Source: Eutreptiella sp. 'Long Island Sound 2002'
Taxonomy: Eukaryota > Protista > Euglenida
Length of the DNA: 64,000 nt
Direction: 5' to 3'
Assembly (NCBI GenBank): GCA_964036045.1
Contig: OZ038379.1
Span: 31,434,001 to 31,498,000, forward strand
Positions 26,520-38,829 of this stretch are shown here, in pieces. The notes beneath the pieces are model-generated. The model was given only the letters and a program-made list of their open reading frames with translations. It had not been told where the DNA came from and searched no databases. Within the stretch, counting starts at the first letter, position 1. Each line of letters opens with the position of its first letter. The position numbers were made by a program, and so were the translations under genes.

Positions 26520-26970
26520 GCTGCCACTTCTGATTCTGCCCCCCCGCTCTGAAGCGGTGGGGATCCCCCAGGCGGCAGGGGTTATGTAGCCACCTTGCCC
26601 ACTTGTGGGCCACCTCTGATTCTGCCCCCGGCTCGGAAGCGGTGAGGATCCCCCAGGCGGCAGGGGTTATGTAGCCACCTTGCCCACTTGTGGGCCACTT
26701 CTGATTCTGCCCCCCGCTCTGAAGCGGTGTGGGGACCCCCCAGGCGGCAGGGGTTATGTAGCCACCTTGCCCACTTGTGGGCCACCTGTGATTTTGCCCC
26801 CGGCCCGGAAGCGGTGGGGATCCCCCAGGCGGCAGGGGTTATGTAGCCACCTTGCCCACTTGTGGGCCACCTCTGATTCTGCCCCCCGCTCTGAAGTGGT
26901 GGGGATCCCCCAGGCGGCAGGGGTTATGTAGCCACCTTGCCCACTTGTAGGCCACTTCTGATTCTGCCCC
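26520..26970. repeat. Tandem repeat, about 86-bp unit, about 5 copies
   Basis: tctgattctgccccc...gatcccccaggcggcaggggttatgtagccaccttgcccacttgtgggcca recurs at 26528, 26614, 26700, about 26790, 26872 and 26958. Diverged inverted copies (tggctacataacccctgcc) occur at 33120-33310. Confidence 0.95.
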
Positions 26971-27328
26971 TTGCGTGGCCCCTCGAGTTGGGGCGAGGTA
27001 CTCTCATTTTATTCCTCTTTGTTGGGGACCACTTCTGATTTTGCTCCCTTTGTTGGTCGTATTGCCCTTTATTTTGCTCGTATGCATGTGGTTTTTTTAG
27101 GTAAGTGGTCGCAGGGGCCGTCCCCCTGATGAAATGGAGTAGGCATCCAGGACAACACCTTTGTGCTATTCCATTTCCATGCTTCATACATTTTGTGTCC
27201 ATTACAGCTCTTAAAGTACACTATCTAATGTCGCGTGACGAGTTGCTGCCTACGGCCGTGGGGAAATCACGAGTTCAAGGTCTGGTGTGCACTAGAACAC
27301 AATATTAATTGGGTATTGTGGGTTGCAG

Positions 27329-27879
27329 GACGGCATGCTCTAGTATTGCTATGCTTTTGGGTACTACCCTCACTTGCGGGACATTGGCTTTGACAGCATA
27401 CTCCGTCTTGTATGCCACGTGCGGCGCCACTACGGCTCATGCTAGTTTAAAAACCGACAACAATGCGAACGGTGGTACCTTCTCCGAGGCAGCTGAAGCG
27501 TTGCAGTTGTCCAATCATTTGGAGGTGGCTTCCCTTGCATCCTTATTTCCTCGACCACACAACTGTTCGTCACCATGCATCGGATCCGTTGCTCCTTTGT
27601 GTCCCGGCGTTTCCATGTGTTTCTTGTGTGCCTCAGATTGGGGCTACTGTCCTCCTTCCATGGAAAGATATTGTTACTTCATTGAAGGAGTACATACACC
27701 GAGACTATGGTCACCGCCATTTCTTGGGTGTTCTCTACGGATACTATTCAGTAGCTATGGGTTACACTGCTGGGAAGTATTGGTACCTGGATTCTCATGG
27801 TACAACCGTAGGGAAAGAGGCTGGTGTGACGTACTTGCAGTCCACGGACTTAAAGCATTTGGTCCTCGATGTTCTTTAG
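27329..27879 (+). pseudogene. Candidate spliced papain-fold deubiquitinase/peptidase-like ORF just upstream of transposase copy 2
   Basis: TACSSIAMLLG near the N-terminus. After a good acceptor (gtttcttgtgtgcctcag|att, 27657) comes ...YSVAMGYTAGKYWYLDSHG...*. The AC..IA and Y.(F/L)DSH spacing resembles Cys/Asp/His peptidase domains carried by transposons. Confidence 0.4.
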
Positions 27880-27909
27880 GCAGATGCATTAGGCAGATGC
27901 ATTAAACCG

Positions 27910-30440
27910 GTCTTCTTGGTGCGATTGTGGCAACGGGGGTTGTCCACGTTGCAATCTTGCCGTCACCATTGTTCTTATTAAGCGCTCCGCCTCGGTGTCT
28001 GCCTCGGCGGAGCAAATCTTACCCCTTTCGGAGGAAAGGGGTGTGCATATCATGCAGTTGTGGCACAAGAAGGAGGTGCAATATGCCATTTAGTGTGCAA
28101 CTTGCCCACAGTCATATGAGGTGTTGCGCGACCTTTTGCATAACCATGGTGTGCGTCCCGTGTCATCATCTTGGGTCAACGTAATGAATGAAGAAGCCCG
28201 CAAAAAGGCGCGGACGGCCGGGAGAGAAAACTATATATGTGTGTGTGGTGGGACCCTACCGGTGTCGTGCGCACCGCCGAACGGGTGGTACGTTGCACAT
28301 TGCACTCAAGCGAAGGCCCATTTGCATTTTTTGACGCATGGGCCACGCATGCCCGTTGGGCGTGGCCATAGGAAGGGTACAGCGAAGAGGGCGGAGCCCA
28401 AACGGGCAACCCCGCAAAAGGTTGGCATTGCATCCCTGTTGCAAACCCGCCCTAGCATGTCCTTCCCTAGTGGTTTGCAAACACAAAGTACCGCCGTTCC
28501 GGAGGTGCCTCTTTCTCTTTGGCAACCAACACCAGGTCCGCAACAGGGTGCAACCCAAAGTACTAATGTCCCTGACGTTCCTCTTTCTCTGTCCGATCCA
28601 ACACCGGCACTATACTTGTTTGGGGAATCCTTCACCACCACTAGGTAGGCATGAATGTGTGGGATTTTTCCCTTGTGGTTTATCGCGTAGTGAGTTCGTC
28701 ATGGTGCATTCGTTCGTGAGGCATGCTGATGGCACCAACCGTAAATGGGTTGCCGGCGCAGAGGGTGTGCGGTCACAACGCTGTAGCGGCTATACCGAAA
28801 ACGAAGGTGCGTGTGACCATTGTCAACAAGTTGCAAGTGACAAAGACTTGTTGCGGCTCATGCATGTAGCGTTGGGTGGGCTAAAAAAAAACAAACCTCA
28901 CTTTGTTGGGCGCTAGCCCCCTTACTGACCGTTTCTGTGATTTGAAGCGAAAGAACACACAAAGACGGTTAATGGCACTAAATGCAATCCGAGATGTGTC
29001 ACGACCTCACGATGCATGGGGACGATGAGCCAAACGGCACAAAACGACGCCCTGTGGATGGTACCGGCCTCCGGCTGCTGGCGAAGGGCAAGCAAATCAC
29101 TTTCACTTTGAATTCCAGGAACACCTGTATGCTTAATGCAACATCCATAAAGCACCGCGGATGGACCGCCAACCAATGATGGTCCAATGTCCCCCTCAAC
29201 CGCCACCTCGTCCACGCAAATGGAGTATGCACAAAAAGGCAATTTGCTTGGCAAGACAGCCAACATGTCTTCTGCTGTTATCGTTTTCCCATAAGCAATT
29301 GGTTGATGTTTGTGCTTGGGGAGCACTTGGTCCCTACTTGGGGCACACCCCGCATGGTTTGCGGCATGCAAGAGCCGTGGGCCACCAATGCGCAAGGTGA
29401 GCAATCCGAAGTCCCTCTCATTTTGAGTGTACTTGGCACGGTAGCCCCGTTGCAACATCTCAATACAATGCGCTACGCTGCGGCCTTGCTGTAGGAGCGA
29501 CGACAAGACGCGCCCGGCACAAGGCGGGCAGTTCGGGTGTGCAAGTGCACTAGCAAGTTGCTTGTAGCGGAATACCCTTCTTAATGTATGCCTCGTGTAA
29601 CAAGTTCACACGGTTGGTGTGGCACATACTAGCGTGCGGCCCGCGGAAGCAACAGAATTTTGTTTGTTTTGTGGAGCGCCCATAGCTTTGGCAAGGATGC
29701 GCAATCATGTGGCAGTGCACCTGCAGAAAGGAGAGGTGGTAACGGACCCAAGGATGCGTGGTGAGGCCGAACCTTGTGGTTTCTGTGGGCGCACAACAGG
29801 CACGTGTACCACAAGTATTGTGCGCAAGAAAATCAGTAGCACCTGCCCGTGTGTGGTCCCATTGAAGCTCGCAGTGGCCATGCGCAAACAAGAAAACATG
29901 CCCCGTGAATGTCCTATTCCCGGGTGTAGTGGCACCCCGTGGGTTTTGAACATCAAAACTCACTTGGCACGGTGCCATCCAACCGTGGCACCAAACACGG
30001 TTGATTTGACGGAATGGGTTGTACTCAGCCAGGACGATGAGAGAAAAAAGGGGCGAGCCAAAAAAAAATCCCCATGGTGATGAAGCCCAAGATCACCTTG
30101 AAAGTGGCAAAGGCAGTCGACAACGAGAGTGCATCCTTCTTTGAAGCCTCTCTTGGCCGCTCTGATTGGGAGTGGAAACCGGAGGAGGATGCAAGCTCTG
30201 TGGAATATGGGTCTTCTGCAGATCATGATTCGTCCAGCGGTAACGAGAGTTCCGCAACTTCCGAAGACGGTAATAGCTCCTCCTCTTCCTCATCTTCTTC
30301 CTCTTCTACCTCTTCTTCCGGGGTGGAAGTTCTCCCCCAAAAGAAAGCTGTGCCCGGCAAGGGCACAAAGCGGCCCATCACCACTCCCAAGCAAAGTGCT
30401 AAGAAGCGTTGCACGGTGAAGACGTCAGGGCGGAAGAAGT
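27910..30440 (+). mobile_element. Decayed P-element/THAP9-like transposase (copy 2) with an internal inversion and loss of the core
   Basis: + strand: Zn finger YICVCGG...VAHCTQAKAH and VRSQRCSG...CDHC...LNAIRDV (to about 29010). - strand 29010-29595: YRAKYTQNERDFGLLTLRIGGPRLLHAANHAGCAPS...SICVDEVAVE...YGCCIKH. + strand again: FCLFCG...MRNHVAVHL...PCGFCG...CPIPGC...NIKTHLARCH, then an acidic/Ser-rich tail. Confidence 0.65.
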
Positions 30441-31914
30441 AGGCGGAGCTACATGCACACACCTCCCCCACCCCCTACACCTCCTTGCTCTCCCTCTCCT
30501 TCCCTTGTAGTAGCATGCACACTAGGACTGGAAGGCCCACACCATGGCGCAGGGAGGGAGGCCTGGCCCGCCATAGCCTTAAGGGCCTCCCGAGTTGTGT
30601 CGGCCGACCGGTGTAGTCACACACACACCCCTTCTTTTATGCCCTCCCCTTGACGCATTTCTCACCCCATGGTGTATTTCTAACCCCCTGATGCATTCCG
30701 AACCCCATGACCAACCTTGATGCGTTTCAACCCCCATGCTGCAATTCTAACCCCATGGTGTATTTCGAACCCCATGACCGCCTTGGAGGCCCACAGTCCC
30801 GAGGTTTCTGGTACCCACGGCCGGAAATACCCAAGCCGATGAAACCCTACCATAGACGTTGGTAGGGGCGGTGCGAATTGTCGGATCACACCTGGGCCGC
30901 ATACCCAACTGTTCGGAGGTGCCCAACACTATGTATTTCATTGGGGGGGGGGGCGGGGTGCCCTTCCCGCGGACAATACCCCCGTGTAGCGAAAAACCCC
31001 CTTAAACCCCCCCCCCCCAAACCCCCCCTTTTTTAAATTTGGCTCTGGGGGGTTTTAAGCATGATATCCGATTTCCAAGAATCCCCCCCCCCCTAGTATG
31101 TACCAACCATTTCCCTTCGCTTGGCTGTTTTAAACGGGTTCCACGGCCGTTTGGGGCCAAAAAAATGCTGGTTTTTTTTCCGTGGGGCAGCTGCAAGGCC
31201 AGTGGAGGGCGCGTGGAGCGGCTGAAGGGTGCACAGAGGGTGCATGGGGCAGCTACAGGGCACACAGGGAGCATGGCAGCCAGCTGCAAGGTTCATCGAG
31301 GGCGCAGGGGGCAGCTGCAGCGCACAGCAGGTGTGTGGGGCAGACCGACTGGCCTGCCCACCCTGACGGACAGATGGATGGAGAGACGGACGGACAGACA
31401 GACAGACAGACAGACCGACAGACAGACAGATGGACGGACGGACAGACAAACAAACGGACAGACGGACAGACAGATGGACAGACGGACGAATGGACGGACG
31501 AATGGACGGACGGACAGGCAGACAGACGTATGGATATATGGGTATGAAGGGCTGCCATCTACCGATGTGGGGCTGTATGCAGGCGACACATACACCCCAC
31601 AGCCCACGTCAGCCAGCAGACTAAGAGCTAATGGTAGGCCATGATGGCAGCCCGTCCCTGCGGATGGATGTGCTGAGTTGTTAAGGAAACACGGAAAATG
31701 GCTCTAAATTTCCAGGGAAAAAATTGTTTACCTCTCAGTCGGAAAATGTTCCTTGACTAGAGGTAAGTCAGTGAAGGTCAGTGCCCCAGTGGTCTGGCGT
31801 GAGGTAGGGGCGGGATCAAGTCCCACTGAACACTTTTTTCTACCCACTTCAGATAGAACAACGAAAACTTGAGCAAGCAAGCACGACCACTGCCGAGACC
31901 CGGTGGCATGTTGC

Positions 31915-32280
31915 AAACTGGGGGATGTATGCACTATGCCACGGAAGTGTGTGATCTCGTTGCTTCACACCTTGTGGGGTGATGGCGAAACCCTGCTACC
32001 GCATGCTGTAGACGGGGGGATGTATGTACTATGCCATGTAAGCATGTGATCTCGTAGTTTCACACCCTGTAGGGTGATGGCAAAAAACTGCTTTGGCGCG
32101 GCGGCATGCTACTGACCAGGGGACACATGCACTATGCCACAAATACCCGGCAGCATGCTGCAGACCAAGGGATGTATGCGCTATGCCACCAAAGTGTGTG
32201 ATCTCGTGGCTTCACACTCCGTGGGGTGATGGCGTAACCGTTGGGGACGTGCTCTACATAGAAAATCCATGCACCCCCGG
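31915..32280. repeat. Diverged tandem repeat, about 97-bp unit, 3-4 copies
   Basis: gggggatgtatgcactatgccac...gtgtgatctcgt.gcttcacac...ggtgatggc recurs. Confidence 0.8.
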
Positions 32281-32904
32281 GCTGACGGTGACACCGATGA
32301 GGCAAAACAAAGCATTGAAGTGGCACATCCACACCCGGGGGGGGTGGGGGGGCTGAGCAGACACACTAGAATGTCATCAGCCCCGACATAGGGAAGACAG
32401 TGCAACGGACAAAGGTGTGAGACGATCTGAGGCATCACCGTCATTCTGTGACACTGTCCAAGGCTGACCAAACAGATGCTAGGGTCGATCAGGATAGGAC
32501 TAGTGCCGTGCACTATGAAAGAAGTGTATTTGAAGGACAGCTAGCGATAGAGGGGCCGACACACAACCCCAACCTAGTACCATCGAGTTGTCACATTCAG
32601 GCGGCCCCGGGAGAAGAGCAGTGGGAGCACCCCACACAAATGACATTCCACCGATTTCAGCAACCGCTTACAGCAAGGCTGCCTTTCCTCAATGCCAAGT
32701 TGGCAAAGGGGGAATGTTTGCCTAGCGTGCTACCTTTGTATCAAGTATCCTAGCTGTAGCCCCAAGTTTACCCTCACCTAGGGAAGTCCCTCAAGTAGAC
32801 CACACTGGACCGCAAACCTTCCCTGCAAAGCACATTGCATTCGCCAAAATATGAGAATTCAACAAAACAAAATGTCATTTGGAATGTGCTTAACAAATAG
32901 TATT

Positions 32905-33040
32905 ATTGTCAATACATTTAGAACAATAGTGCTCCTTACACTCACCACAAACTGTGACGGTGGAGCGCTCGTGATGACACAACGCACACACTTCTATCTT
33001 ATAGTCTCCCTCATCCTGTGTGGCGGCCGAGTTGCTCTTG
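32905..33040 (-). pseudogene. Cys-rich (B-box/PHD-like) ORF fragment
   Basis: EVCALCHHERSTVTVCGECKEHYCSKCID on the - strand, followed by an intron-like AT-rich stretch ending ctttgcag. The downstream frames contain stops. Confidence 0.3.
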
Positions 33041-34378
33041 TTTGTCGAAATATGAGGCGGAACATGGTCCCATGGTCCACAAGGAGGGTGGCGGGGTCCC
33101 CACACAGGGACAAAATCAGAATTGGCTACCTAACCCTTGCCTTCTCGGGGTCCCAGTAGAAGGGGCCAAAATCAGAAGTGGCGACATCACCCATGCCTCC
33201 TTGGGAGGCCAAAAATGGGTGGATTGGCTACATAACCCCTGCCTTCTTGCAGGCCCCTAATAGAAGGGGACCAAATCACAAGTGGCTACACCACCCCTGC
33301 CTTCTTGGGGTAGATTATTTGGTGAGGGGGGGGCAAAAACAAGCACGGGTGGGGAATGGTCAAAAAAGATGCCCGGCGTTCGCCCGGCGCGCTGACAATC
33401 CCCCAAACCCCAACAAATGGGACGCTGCAACTGATGCAAATAATCTAAGGGACCAGGGCGCTGTTGGAGGGCATGCATCTGCTTGAGATACGTCACCACT
33501 AAGTGGCTACACACACCCTAAGGAAGCAGGTGGCTATCCTCAAGGCCCGGGCAGGCTGAGACCCACACCAGACCAGACCACATGCAGTGTACCCCAAAGT
33601 GAGGGGAGGAGATGGACTGTTCATCGTCGAGCATGCTAATGACCCCTGGGAAACCCTTGATTACCGATGAAGTGGACCACTGAGAGGTCTGAGGTCTGAA
33701 CGGAATGACGGACGGACAGACAAACGGAAAGACAGAAGGACAGGCGGATGGACGGACGGACGGGCGAACAGACAGACGGACGGCAACAAACAGACAGGCA
33801 GACAATCGGACGGACAGATGGACAGATAGATGGACGGATGGACTGACAGGCAGGCAGACAGACTGACAGACAGACAGGCAACAACATTCCTTCATGACAG
33901 CCCTGCCACTGCTCTTGTTGCGTGAAGATCCTTTGCTGCTGCACCATGCTGATAACCATTGCTATTGCTGATTGTCTTCGAGCCTGACTGGTTTGGTGCG
34001 GCGTTTTGGCGCAGAGTCCGCCATCGGGATGTTTTCAAGGTTCGCTTGTGCTGTTTTTTTGTTTTTTGTCTGGAACCCAGTTTTGTTTGCATTTGCATCC
34101 CCCAACTCGACCAGCTCTGCATATGACTGTGTTTGTCGCGACGGCGCTGCTGCTGCTCCTGTTGTTGACCGGCGATGGCAGTGGCAACAGCAGCAGCAGC
34201 AGCAGAGGTTGTGGCAGCAGCAAAAAGCACCAGAGGCTCAGCAGACCAAGCGACTGCTGCCACGGTGTCAGCAGCTGTGGCTGCCAAATGTGTTCCTCTC
34301 TTGCATAGCTCATCGGTCAGTGGGTTAGCGCCAGTCCCCACAGCACCATAGAGCATTGTATCTGTCTTCATTTGGCAG

Positions 34379-34531
34379 TCAAGAGCATGGCGCTGCTTGG
34401 GATGGGCTCAGAGCTGGGGCTTATGGCTTAGCTGCAGCAGTGATTTGGGCCAGCGAGACCGTGATCGGGCGTTATCTGCTGCAATACGCCTCCCCGTCAG
34501 TCACTTCTCTTGAACTGCTGACATACAGACA
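34379..34531 (+). CDS. EamA/DMT transporter exon 5
   Basis: tcttcatttggcag|t...agaca|gtatgt; 153 nt, phase 2 to 2. Encodes QEHGAAWDGLRAGAYGLAAAVIWASETVIGRYLLQYASPSVTSLELLTYR, the start of EamA domain 2. Confidence 0.9.
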
Positions 34532-35699
34532 GTATGTGTGCGGGTAGCCGAGGGTCCTGGGCTGTGGTCTGCGGAGATCAGGGGTTGTGTGTGATCTTCT
34601 TGCCTGTTCATACGATGCAGTGTCCTGTAGGAAATGGGGCACACTCCTCTGAGTACACCACAAATGAGGTACAATGCCATTCACCATTTCCCATGAGTGA
34701 GAATTGAATTCAACTCAGGGACATCAGCGTGCACCTTCATCCGCTCGATGGCCCCATGGGCTTTTGCTTTTGGTAAAACTGCTTGCCCTCATTGGCGTAG
34801 GTTGGGGGTCTAAAGGGAGGGGTGTAGGTCCGGCCCTACACGTGACCACCCACCGTGCGCATCAGTTCCAGCGACTCTGACGATTGAGCTGTCTACGCGG
34901 TGCTGACATAAGCGCCGTCGGTTGGATGCTATCTGAAGGATTGGTGCCGAACTGCTGTCACATAACTGCCAACTGGTAGGTTCAAGACAGGGAATTCAAA
35001 AAATCCCCCAACCCCCCAACAAAATTCACTAAATTGACCCCCCCCCCCCCCTGTCCCACTCTCACGTCCCAAAAATACCTTTCCCCAGTTGTTTGGAAAA
35101 GCAGTTTGAACAGTTTGTTTCTAAATGTATTTTTGTATAGGCAAACCAGTGCGTACACCCAGAAGTACCAACCGGCACACTTGCTCAGCCTGTACGGCAC
35201 CCCCCCCCCCCCCCTTCCGGACCGTCCTGCTCACGCCGCATGAGTTGGGGTCTGGAACTGATCTGCACCCCCGGTGTGGGGGTATCTCATACCATCCACT
35301 TGGGAGTCCTTGTGCCTGCCGTCCTGTGGTGCCCTACAGACATTGGTTCCGACGCCGATGTCAAACCTCCGGTGAGAACCCTCCACCCTCCGTAGCGGCT
35401 TTCGAGGGATTTCGGGACCTCGAGCTTTCCTTCCGGCGCCAGGGGCAATCATTATTGTGAACCGTTGGTTCATACCTGAGGAGTAGGGTCCAGGAGTCCT
35501 GTGCCCCACGCACATGCGAACGTTCTTGCCCCTGTGTATCAGTGTCGGCGTGTTCAAGCCCGCAGTAGTGCCTGAGGTGCTGTGAGTCAGAGGGTGAGGA
35601 GATGAAGGGAGATTCTTCGGGGCTTGTGCCTGGCCCTCAGAGATCCGAACCCGACCCTCGCCCCATGTTGCTGCACGCAGCCACACTCCTGTGCCTCAG

Positions 35700-35811
35700 G
35701 TTTATTGGCCTTATATTTTTATTGATTTATGTGTGGGTGCTTTCGGTGCCTCCCGTCTGTCACTGGACCAGATTTGAGTGTCTGGATTCTACGATGCCCA
35801 CATTGTGGCAG
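35700..35811 (+). CDS. EamA/DMT transporter exon 6
   Basis: ctgtgcctcag|g...tggcag|gtgttt; 112 nt, phase 2 to 0. Encodes (Q)FIGLIFLLIYVWVLSVPPVCHWTRFECLDSTMPTLWQ. Confidence 0.8.
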
Positions 35812-35986
35812 GTGTTTGTCAGGGACGTGTGATGGAGGATGTGTGGGCGTCCCACCACCACCAGCACTCACCACCGGCGAATCTTCAGTGGTTGGCGGTG
35901 GTAGGCGGTGGAGGCAGTGCTGTGTGGCACGCTCGAAGGGCCGGTCCGGCGCTGAGGGCAAGACACCCCCCCCCCCCCCCCAACGC

Positions 35987-37090
35987 TTACCTGGTTATAG
36001 CCTGTAGACACTGTGCATAGGTGGAGAACAGCGTGCACATGTTGTAGACACTGTGCACATGTTGTAGATGTGAATAGACAATATTGCAGAAGGCCCCTAA
36101 ACAGGGCAGCAACAGCATTTACCCGTGCACAGTCGTCTGGCGGTCTGTAGTCTGTAGACACTGTGTGCCACAAGTCGACACGGCCTGCTAATTGTAGACA
36201 ATTTATGCGCACACATACAAGGAATGTGCATACGCGTGAATACACGCGAATACTCGTGAATACGCGTATGCACATGCACGTGAATACACAACACATACAC
36301 GACAATTACGCAACGAATATGTGATTGCGCATACACGAATACTTATGCATATGCGCATATTCATGTGTATATGTACCGCCCTCTCGTTTGCGGTGTCTTC
36401 ATCGGGACTGGGAGATCTTGGGGGGGGGGGTGTTCTGTTCCTCGGAAGTTACCTGGAATTTTTTGCTGGCACTTGGTTTCATGCAGCAGTGCAGCCTCCC
36501 ATCTCCCAATCCCCCATCCATCTTCTAACCAGCCATGCCACTTTCCGGTGAATTCCAGAGCTTTCCGCCCCGGCCGATAGTACTTGGTGCGGCAGCGCAA
36601 TCCAGCGTTTTGATGCACCCATTAATCAATTGATGGATGGATTGATGGACGGATTAAAGCCCAGGCTCCAGCCCTGACCCCAGCCCTGGGCCCAATGCAG
36701 TCGGCTCTCAGCCAGGCCCCACCATCCCCCGCCGGATGTTCCTTCGACGTGTCGTCAGACATGAAGAAATGTCCCCTTCGCCCCAGGGCCTGGCCACTCC
36801 GGGGGACAACACCTCCGTCCAGTACAACTCCCGTCCATGAATGCCTTGGACAACAATTGGCGTATCATCGACAGCGGGAGGTGGTCAACCGACGTGAGTT
36901 GGCGGTGGTGGTTTGCATTTCCACCGTCGGTTTGCAATTGACCACCGGGGGGGCGATTCAACTGACGCCTACAAACTGCGCACAGTGTCTACAAGCTATG
37001 CACAGTGTCTACGCGTATGTACAGTGTCTACGCACCATACTCTGGTAATCGTATGTGTGCACAGTGCCTACAAGTTGGAGCACTGTGTCT
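35987..37090. mobile_element. MITE/foldback-like element with imperfect inverted arms built from a 14-bp motif
   Basis: gtagacactgtgca occurs three times at 36003-36165. Its reverse complement gcacagtgtctac occurs 3-5 times at 36979-37092. The outer arm ends also align (ttacc.g..tat.g...gtagacactgt). Confidence 0.5.
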
Positions 37091-38585
37091 ACATGTATGC
37101 ATGTATACACGCATACATAACACATATATGCAGGCACCCTACATAGAAATGGCTTCAGTTCATGCGCATGCGCATGGGCGTGAGTGCGCGTGTGGATACA
37201 TACGCGTATGCATTGCATATTCTTCCATGCATCGCGTATTTGCACACACGTGTTCATGCGTATGCATATATGCATATGCGTTTATCTCTCGGGGGCATTC
37301 CATAACATGCCAACTCGGTAGGTTTTGGCACCTTCCCCAGGTTTTCTGAACTTTCGGTCTGATGCGCCAAAATATCGTTTCCTTGGGTATGTGTCTACTT
37401 TTTAAAATCTGTGTAAAATGGCCATTTCAGAAATGTATGGGTCAGGGGAAGGGGGGTTAGGTGGTCACATTTTTGGGCACACAGCAGCAAATGGGATGAT
37501 GTTCATAAAACATGCACTGCAGAGTTTGGAACACTCATTTTTTTATCATGCTATCATGTTTTATGCCCCCTCTTTCTGGTGTGCCTGTGCCACGGTAGAT
37601 GCTTGACGTTCTTCTCCAGATCAATGTCAATGTGGCCTAAAACTCCTGCTGTGAGGCCTTTGTGGGGTATTCCTTTCGATCCAAAAGCTGGGCTGCAAAA
37701 GCAGTGGCCTCACTAGACGTCAGAATCTGGTGCTCCTTGTGGGTGCATGCAGGTTGCTGTGAGTTGGTTGTGCGATCTTTTTTTGCCCGGCTGCCAGGCT
37801 GATGCACCTCTGCACCCACCTTGCACCCCCAGAGCGAGCCCTCTTGCACACCAAAGACTTTTGTGGTGCAACAGGGGAAGCAATAGCATGTGGTGTAAAT
37901 TTGTGTGCAGACATGGTAGCTGCCTGTTGACAAAAACAGGCAGCAAGCAACACGGGCAGTGACCAACATGGACGAAAATCTCAAACATATCGTCAGTACA
38001 GCATGCAGACCTGGGGTGTTCCAAATAGCCCTTTTCAAGGGCTTTCCAAATATACCCCATATCCCACCCCCAACAGGACACACAGTGGGCACAAGTAAGG
38101 CAACAATGACGACGACCACCAAAAAGCCACGGAGTTGGCATAATTGGTACCGTCACCGAGAGATATGCTTATGTGAATATGTGTATGTGAATACACATGT
38201 CCATGAATGCGCGCATTCATGCATTTTCATACACATCTGGCAACGTTCACGACACCAGTCCGCTGCGACACTGGTCGCTGGCAGCCACTGTCAGTCACTG
38301 TCAGCCAACCCCAACCTTGGCCGGACGATTCACGACAATGCCACCACGGTGCTCTTTCGTCACTGCAGTCTGGCCTCCATGTGCACATGAGCTGCACGTT
38401 TTGGGCCGGTGAGGCATTCAGGCCGCAGCGGTATCTTTATCTGATGCAGAGAGAGCTGTGGGTGGCGTAGGGTTCATGCAGCACGTGTCCAAGGGTGTTG
38501 TGCCGTCCGTTCTTTACGCAAAGCCCTGGCTCAGGTTTTCCCGCCCGAAACTCTGCACAAATACGTTCTGTTTCTGTGTCTGCAG

Positions 38586-38717
38586 ACCGCAATCATCACT
38601 GTTATGGCGGTGATAGAACTGACCTCCCATTTTCTTTACTACATGGGGCTGAACTGCACCCCCGCCAGCATCGCAGTGGTCATGGAACTGGCACACCCCC
38701 TGTGGATTCTAACTCTG
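38586..38717 (+). CDS. EamA/DMT transporter exon 7
   Basis: tttctgtgtctgcag|acc...ctg|gtatgt; 132 nt, phase 0 to 0. Encodes TAIITVMAVIELTSHFLYYMGLNCTPASIAVVMELAHPLWILTL, including the EamA-type L...PAS.A...E...P motif. Confidence 0.9.
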
Positions 38718-38829
38718 GTATGTCTTGTGTTGGCGCCGCCTCCCACCACAACGCAACACGGCGCAGCACAATGCAACGCAACACAACACAACACACAGCA
38801 CACCACACTACACCACGACACACCGCACT

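Noticed and set aside
33892-34371. Gln/Ala-rich ORFs around a (CAG)n tract
   Set aside because: Simple-repeat-driven ORFs in intron 4 with no recognisable domain.
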